Below are positions 56,790-64,000 of a DNA stretch of 64,000 nucleotides, piece by piece. The notes beneath the pieces are model-generated. The model was not told where the DNA came from and did not search any database. It worked only from the letters and a program-made list of their open reading frames with translations. The position numbers and the translations under genes are program-made. Source of the DNA: Octopus vulgaris. Lineage: Eukaryota. Positions within the stretch are counted from its first letter, which is position 1; the number at the start of each line of letters is the position of its first letter. The stretch lies in assembly GCA_951406725.2 (NCBI GenBank), contig OX597815.1:194308001-194372000 (forward strand), in the 5' to 3' direction.

Positions 56790-57575
56790 TAGAGTTAAAC
56801 AGAGTCAAGTACAGTGCGTAAACTGGGGATTGTTATGAACAACGATGCTTTGTTTCATGTACATATCACCAAGACAGTGGCAATGCGCAGGCGAATGGCC
56901 GGATGGATTGTGAGAAATTGCAGAACAGGAGACCAGGAAACTATGTTGGTTCCATGGAAGGCATTTGTTTATAGCTGTATGGGCTACGGCTTTGAACTCT
57001 GTATTCCCAACAGTATCAGATTATTGGCAGAATAGGAGGCAGTTAAGCTGTACTACACCAAGAAGATTGCATCCATGAAAAACTTGAGCGCCTAGGAAAC
57101 ACTGAAAGAATTCCGACTCTACCTTCTGGAGCGAAAACGGGAGAGATATGTGGCGATATACATATGAAGGCTCTTACAAGGGCTGGCACCAAACTTTGGC
57201 TGGGAGAGTTATATCAGACCTCGAACAAGATGTCACTGCACTGTTTTAGAGGGCCCAATCATTCTGACTATAGTAAGGACCAAGAACTTCAATAGTTGAA
57301 ATTCAAAGGCCCACAACTATTTAATATCTTGCCAGAAAACCCCGAGAAATCTACACGAAGTGGGCTAAATGTTTACAAGAAGAACCTTGACCTTTTGCTG
57401 ACCGAGATCTCAGATTAACCGACATCACGAGAAAAAACTCAAGAGCAGGCAGCAATACCAAGTCACTCCTTCATCAAAAGTCAATCGTGTGAGAATGGCC
57501 TTTGTAAAGATGATGATACGGGCGGTGCCATAGAATGGTACAGAATTTGAGCTGAAACGCATAAAAAATTAAAGA
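56790..57575 (+). pseudogene. Decayed CR1/L2-group LINE ORF2 C-terminus and 3' UTR
   Basis: VRKLGIVMNND..FH.HI...RRMAGWIVRNCRT...MLV.WKAFV...*EAVK..YTKKI..M..L...LKE..LYLLERKRERY..IYI*R; several stops. Confidence 0.8.
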
Positions 57576-57632
57576 ATTCACAGAAATATATACATACATA
57601 GATACATACACATATACATATATATATTCTCC

Positions 57633-57962
57633 CTTTTCTCTTTTTTCTCTTTTACTTGTTTCAGCCATTTGACTGCGGCCATGCAGGAGCACTGCCTTTA
57701 GTCGAGAAAATAGACCCCAGGACTTATTCTTTGTAAGCCTAGTACTTATTCTATCGGTCGCTTTTGCCGAACCGCTAAGTTACGGGGACGTAAACACACA
57801 ACCATATATACGACGTAAACACACCACCATATATACGACGGGCTTCTTTCAGTTTTTCTGAACCAAATCCACTCACAAGACTTTGGTCGGCAACGCAGTG
57901 GGAATGAACCCGGAACCATGTGGTTGGTAAGCAAGCTACTTACCACACAGCCACTCCTGTGC

Positions 57963-57963
<1 letters not shown>
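57633..57963 (-). mobile_element. Family C SINE with internal deletions
   Basis: Head and tail match the family. Confidence 0.85.
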
Positions 57964-57999
<36 letters not shown>

Positions 58000-58184
58000 T
58001 GTATTACATAACACAGACATATATCATGCAGACACATATTGCTTCATATATTCTCATTTTTCCTTATCATGAACACAATATTATCCCAAAGTGGTCTTAT
58101 GTCAAGTATGACTGAAGGTGCGATTGTTTTGTTAAGAAGGTCTCTATCAACTGGTTGTTCGTACTTTTCATTCCACTGTCTTTT

Positions 58185-58235
<51 letters not shown>

Positions 58236-58269
58236 GCATACATAGTCAAGCAACTTCATATATAAATAT

Positions 58270-58477
58270 TGATTTCAAATTTTGGCACAAAGCCAGCAAA
58301 TTCGAAGGAATAGCCTAATCATTACATTGACTCCGCCACTCAATTTATTTTATTTTCACAGAAAGGACGAAAAGTAAAGTCGACTTCAGCGGCATTTGAA
58401 CTCAGAACATAAAGATGGACGAAACGCTGCTAAGCACTTTTCCCAACGTGCTAACGATTCTGCCATCTTGCCGCCTT
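58270..58477 (-). mobile_element. Diverged family D SINE monomer
   Basis: ggcggcaagatggcagaatcgttagcacg...gagttcaaatg on the minus strand. Confidence 0.7.
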
Positions 58478-58485
58478 CCCTCAAA

Positions 58486-58784
58486 TCTTTATATATAAAA
58501 GTGAAGTTGTGTGTCTGTCTCCTACGATTTAGATTCCTAACTACTCCCACATTTTGCGGTGCAGTTTAACCAAAACCGAGTATCTTATAGTCGTGATTCA
58601 CATCGACCCCTTCTGGGTATCAGCGCGCGTCTACGATGAGTCTACGATTTAAAAAAAAAATTACCATAATTTTTTCCCATTTTTAATGTATTTTTTTGCT
58701 ATTATATAAGGTAAGTAACTCTCTAAAAATGCTTATATAGTTATTTCCCTTACAAACCCGAGCAACGCCGGGCGATACTGCTAG
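58486..58784 (+). mobile_element. Non-autonomous Helitron
   Basis: A|TC 5' end (TCTTTATATATAAAAG), subterminal hairpin CCCGAGCAACGCCGGG, 3' CTAG|T, no TSD. Confidence 0.85.
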
Positions 58785-59603
58785 TATAAATATAAAAAAA
58801 AAACTTCGCTGGTTACACGCTCCCAACTCGTCAGCCTTTGAGTTACTGCATTTCTAATGATCAGTGAGCGGTGTGTGTCTTTAGTGAGTTACTGAGGTAC
58901 TGAGTAAATATCGTAAGGGAATTCATGAATAGCGTAAGACATATTATTAATTCTATCACGCCTCTGATCTTTCACAGATGTATATCTCCTCACGCTATTT
59001 AACCTGTGGAAGTGGACAGGGAGACGGGCGAAATTCTGAGTATTTTTTAATGATGCCGACCTAAACGCTTTTTAATGAAGTAAATATGTACTTAATTTAG
59101 AAAATGTACAAGAAACAGCGCAGAAAATGTGAAATATATAGAAATAGAATAAAAATGTATAAGTAACATTAATGTATTAGTTCTGACTTTCAAAGTATAC
59201 ACGAAATCAAAGCGATTGTATTCTATACAATTTTTTTAATTAACTGATAGAGCTGTTTCTAATTACCAAAGCAAAATTCGGGGATGTAAGGAAACCTATA
59301 AACCCACTTTTGTTCAACTTCCAACAGTGTGACACTGTTCTAATGTCCATAAAATACTTTCCTTTGATCTTTCAGCCTGAACATTAATTACTAATATTAA
59401 GGGTAGTCGATGATAGAATCAATTGAGCACCACTAAACAAAGTTGCTTGATGGTTTTTAGTTCCGTTTCATTGCCTTCTGTGTTCAAGTCTCACTAGAGC
59501 CAACTTTGCCTTTCATCTTTCCAGATTTGTTAAAAATAAAGAGTAACCAAGCATTGAGCTAGGCTCAATCTGTGTTTACAAATTGACATTAACATACTGC
59601 TGT

Positions 59604-59872
59604 ACTCTTTTACTTGTTTCAGTCATTTGACTGTGGCCATGCTGGAGCACCGCCTTTAGTCGAGCAAATCGACCCCAGGACTTATTCTTTGTAAGCCTAG
59701 TACTTATTCTATCGGTCTCTTTTGCCGAACCTAATCGGTTGTCAAGCGATGTTGGGGGGACAAACACAGACACACAAACTTATACACATACATAAATACA
59801 TACATACATACATACATACATACATACATACATACATACATACATACATACATACATACGTACATACATACG

Positions 59873-59912
<40 letters not shown>

Positions 59913-60071
59913 TACGACGGGCTTCTTTTCAGTTTCCGTCTACCAAATTCACTCACAAGGCTTTGGTCGGCCCGAGGCTATAGTAGAAGACACTTGTCGA
60001 AAGTGCCACGCAGTGGGACTGAACCCGAGAACCATGGGGTTGGTAAGCAAGCTACTTAAACCCCTACGCCT
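59604..60071 (-). mobile_element. Family C SINE
   Basis: Head, internal (TATG)/(TA) tract and tail. Confidence 0.88.
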
Positions 60072-60506
60072 ACTATAATGTGTTATCGAAAATTGTGACA
60101 AGGTTTACTAATCTCAGTGGTGCATCTGTTCAAAACGATCGGTGAAGCCATTGATAAATTTCTTCCCCTAAAGACTTGAAAGAGAAACTTAGTTAGCGAT
60201 TTTTTATGTTGACTCAAATATCTGGGAGACAATCGCCACAAACCGCTCAAAGTGGCGGCATGTCATCATCGAGGGAACAAACCTGATGGGAAATAACAGA
60301 TGCCAAGGGGCAGGGGTCAGACATCGAAGATGCAAAGAGTGACACGTACTTCCTCGTTCCCTTCTAACAATCCTCTGAGATAAATGCTCCCTTCTATACA
60401 ACCTTTGGCCTGAACAGCCACCTCAGACACCGGAACCCTTTGCATATATCGAGATGAAGAAGCTCAATCACTGGTTACAGACATATTACTCGGATACAAG
60501 TTAACA

Positions 60507-60565
<59 letters not shown>

Positions 60566-60863
60566 TCCATGCAGAATTCAGCATATCAATGGACTGACTC
60601 AATGCAGAATGGTGATAAATATATTCTTTGATTGAAAAAAGCTCTAAAATAAGCAACTGATGTTTACAGATGCTTATTGAATGAATTAAACGAATTCTTG
60701 TTTTGAGAATATTCCGATAAGCCGACAAAAGCGTGAAGCGGATAGTCATCCTACTTGGAACAACAAACACATTATACGCTAATGTCTTAAAAAAGGAAGG
60801 ACATATTGGATAATGTGGTCTTGTGTTCACTGTGTCCAGGAAAAAGCAATATGTCCATGACTG

Positions 60864-61372
60864 AAGGCGGCGAGCTGGCAGAAAATAAGTACCAGTTATG
60901 CATTGGGATCGATATAATCGACTTAATCCGTTTGTCTCTCCTTGTTTGTCCCCTCTGTGTTTAGCCCCTTGTGGGTAGTAAAGAAATAGGTATTTTTTCT
61001 GCCGCTACGTTCTGAGTTCAAATTCCGCCGAGGTCGACTTTGCCTATCATCCTTTCGGGGTCGATTAAATAAGTATCATTTACGCATTGGGGTTAATATA
61101 ATCGACTTAATCCGTTTGTCTGTCCTTGTTTGGCCCCTCTGTGTGAAACCCCTTGTGGGCTGTAAAGAAGTAAGAAACGTTAACATGCCGGGCGAAATTC
61201 TTAGCAGTATTTCGTCTGTCTTTACGTTCTGAGTTCAAATGTTGCCGAGGTCGACTTTGCCCTTCATCCTTTCGGGGTCGATAAATTAAGGACCAATTGT
61301 GTACTGGGGTCGATCTAATAGACTGGTCCCCTCTCCCACAATTTCGGGCCGTGTGCCTAGAGTACAGAAGAA
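60864..61372 (+). mobile_element. SINE family D multimer followed by a monomer with alternative tail
   Basis: Deleted first unit, junction aagaaatag|gtat at about 60989, and a further unit restarting at gaaacgttaac (about 61174). Confidence 0.8.
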
Positions 61373-62121
61373 TATGTTTACGACTGGGATGTTCCTTGAT
61401 ATAAGTCTTCTACTTTTGTGCTGACGTGGAGATTGGCAACAGCAACAGCAACAACTGATACAGGAGCCGATGATGTAGCCTCTGCGTGGACTAATGACTT
61501 GCAGGAAATATTAGCTAAATCCTACTCTATCACAACTGACTACTGTAAGAAAACAAAGTCACATTAAATAACCTAGTTTTAGACGCAGCAATGGTTGCCA
61601 TATCTCTGACTTAACGTCTGCTTAACCGCGGTTGACTCGGGGTTAAACAACAGCAACATTAGCTATAATTGCTTCAGTGATAAGCGACGGATATGAAGCG
61701 AAGCATGTATTACTCAATCTTTAACTAGTAACTCAAACCTGCTGCCAATGTCGTATAGCAAAGTTAAGCTTCTGCGATTTGACTATTGGTAACATCTTTG
61801 AAAAAGCATAGCATCTATAACATTATATTTGTCTTCCCCTATCAAAGACAGATGTAAATGATTTCAACAACGTCTTTCCTGCTTCATATTTAGATTTGAA
61901 AACAGTCCCTTATTACTATATTTCTTCTGGAGTACACTAACTTTATTTCAGTTAATAATGGTTTTAAATTTTGCCAGAAAGCCAGTAATTTCGGGGGATG
62001 AGCAAGTGGATTACATCAACCCCAATGCCCAACCGATACTTATTTTATCGATCCCAAAAGAATGAATGGCAAAGTCGACTTTGGTGGAATTATTTCAACT
62101 ATTATTGAAAATACGGAAGTA

Positions 62122-62654
62122 CGAGCATAACACCCCCGTCCATTGGACGGTGCTGAGTTGTCAAACATTTAAACCAAATTTTCTCAAAACAACTTGTCCG
62201 ACCGTCCCATAGGCCTCCCCTTTGAGCAACACTGACTTAACCTAAATTTGAGACACCAGCAAAAGAAGAAATAAAGACAGATTTTTTTTTCTATTCCAAA
62301 GAAAAACGATTTTATTCACTTTATCGATCGCATTCTCACCTGGAATCGATTTTTATAATTTTTTCCAGACTTATACACGCCCTGATACCTATTTCTTTAC
62401 TACCGACAAGGGGCTAAACACAGAGGGGACAAACAAGGACAGACAAACGGATTAAGTCGATTATATCGACCCCAGTGCGTAACTGGTACTTATTTTATCG
62501 ACCCCGGAAGGATGAAAGGCAAAGTCGACCTCGGTGGAATTTGAACTGATACCGTCGGTATCTACATTTCAAATTTGAGCGCAATCTGATGGAGGATGCC
62601 CGAGATCCTAGAAGACATAGACATACACAGACAGACCAGATTTTATATAATAGA
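62122..62654 (-). mobile_element. Non-autonomous Helitron containing a nested family D SINE fragment
   Basis: Minus: A|TCTATTATATAAAA 5' end, hairpin CCGTCCA-A-TGGACGG, 3' CTCG|T (variant of CTAG); homologous to the copy starting at 63782. Confidence 0.75.
62382..62552 (-). mobile_element. Headless family D SINE unit with CTGATAC duplication
   Basis: CTGATAC flanks both sides; the sister Helitron at about 63870-63895 has a single copy (empty site). Confidence 0.8.
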
Positions 62655-62884
62655 TAATTAAAATAATTATTATTGAATTGGTGGGTGTTTGGAACATAAA
62701 TTAATATGTAATTTTGATGGAAGTCTTTAATTCAGATAAAGGAAACTTACATCATAGAACCGGGATCGGTCCCGGCTAGGTTGCTATGTATCAAAATAAT
62801 ATACTATTTTTTAATGATATTTTCAAAATATTTGGTAAAAAGGAGAAGGAATATTGTCGCCAACAGTATTGTTTATTTTTATTT

Positions 62885-63163
62885 ATGCGCCCTTTTCAAG
62901 CTTAGCCGGGATCATGGGCCCGGTTTCTCGGTTTCTATGGCGTATGTGTTCCTCGCAGCGTTACTCAAGAAACATGACGAAAGAGTGAAAGAAAGTTGGG
63001 GTGAAAGAGTACAACAGGGGTCGCCCCCCCCCCTGCCGGAGCATCGTGGAGCTATTAAGTGTTTTCGCTCAATAAACACACACACTACGCTCGGTCTGGG
63101 AATCGAAACCGCGATCCTCTTACCGCGAGTCCGCTGCCCTGACCGCTGGGCCATTGCGCCTCC
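62885..63163 (-). mobile_element. Family A SINE (tail Y variant)
   Basis: Matches 51614-51925. Confidence 0.85.
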
Positions 63164-63737
63164 AAAGTATTGTTTATACACATTGTAAAAAATATTTCCA
63201 AAGCTTAACATACTTACCTAGATAATTCTAATTGATGGAAGAGAAAAAAATGTTTCTTTTACAAATATCTTTGTCGTAATGCTCGAAAGAAGATTCTTCG
63301 TCGCCTTTTTTCTTTCTCTCCTTTTTTTTTGTCTTACACTTTTTAAAAACTGCATCGTATCTAATGGCTAACATAACTCAATATTACTAAGTTTTCAATC
63401 ATGTATGACTGTTATGAAATTCATCAAACATTTGCACCTGTATTACTGTCTATCTTTGTGAAACTCATTGAAATTTGTATGAAGATTTGATTTGTTAAGC
63501 TTGTTTTTCCGAATTTTCCCTGGTAACTTCAACCCCCACCCCAAACCGTTTATTTATTTATTTTTTATTTACCATCGATAAACAAAAGAAAAATAATAAT
63601 TGTCGAAACCGGTTTGGTATATTAATAAATCTATTACAAAATTTTAAAACGACTACACATTTTAAGACTCCAAGTGCATTTGCAAACTCCAAAACATATT
63701 CGATTATATTCTTTTCTGCGTGTGAATACACTTATTT

Positions 63738-63781
<44 letters not shown>

Positions 63782-63782
<1 letters not shown>

Positions 63783-64000
63783 CTATTATATAAAATCCAT
63801 TCTCTCTGTCTGTGTGTCTCTTCTAGGATCTCGCGCATCTTCCATCCGATTGCGCTCAAATTTGATATGTAGATACCGACGGTATCAGAGCGTGTATAAG
63901 TCTTGAAAAAATTACAAAAATCGATTCCAGGGGAGAATGCGATCGATAAAGCCGTTTTTGTCCTGCTTTTCTTCCGTCAACTTGTACATAACTGCACCTT
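63782..64000 (+). mobile_element. Non-autonomous Helitron 5' part (runs off the window)
   Basis: A|TCTATTATATAAAA; homologous to 62122-62654. Confidence 0.75.

Noticed and set aside
58800-58836. CUGACGA-stem-GAAG on the minus strand
   Set aside because: GAAA is altered and there is no stem III or stem I.
58920-59000. Possible miRNA-like hairpin (aatagcgt...acgctatt)
   Set aside because: Pairing is short and interrupted, with a large unpaired interior.

Overview
AT-rich eukaryotic DNA that is intergenic or intronic. The tRNA-derived SINE families and very high microsatellite load suggest a coleoid cephalopod, probably Octopus; this is an inference from repeat content. No intact host protein-coding gene is supported, and nearly all listed ORFs are microsatellite or tandem-repeat artefacts. 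The window is a mosaic of mobile elements: four SINE families with swappable head/core/tail modules, decayed non-LTR retrotransposons (CR1/L2-like, R4/Dong-like, RTE-like, Penelope-like), two decayed Tc1/IS630-like transposases, two Merlin-like foldback MITEs and three non-autonomous Helitrons. The strongest signal is a set of six type-I hammerhead ribozyme motifs at five loci with unrelated flanks. Most lie next to (TA)n/(TG)n tracts, and two loci form long palindromes, as expected for Penelope-like or retrozyme termini. Also notable: a SINE forming 184-bp multimers with the same junction at five loci, a 39-bp minisatellite born inside a SINE tail, and in-window evidence for a SINE/LINE shared 3' tail. 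Coordinates were read by eye and repeat boundaries may be off by a few bases. SINE family labels A-D are local names.
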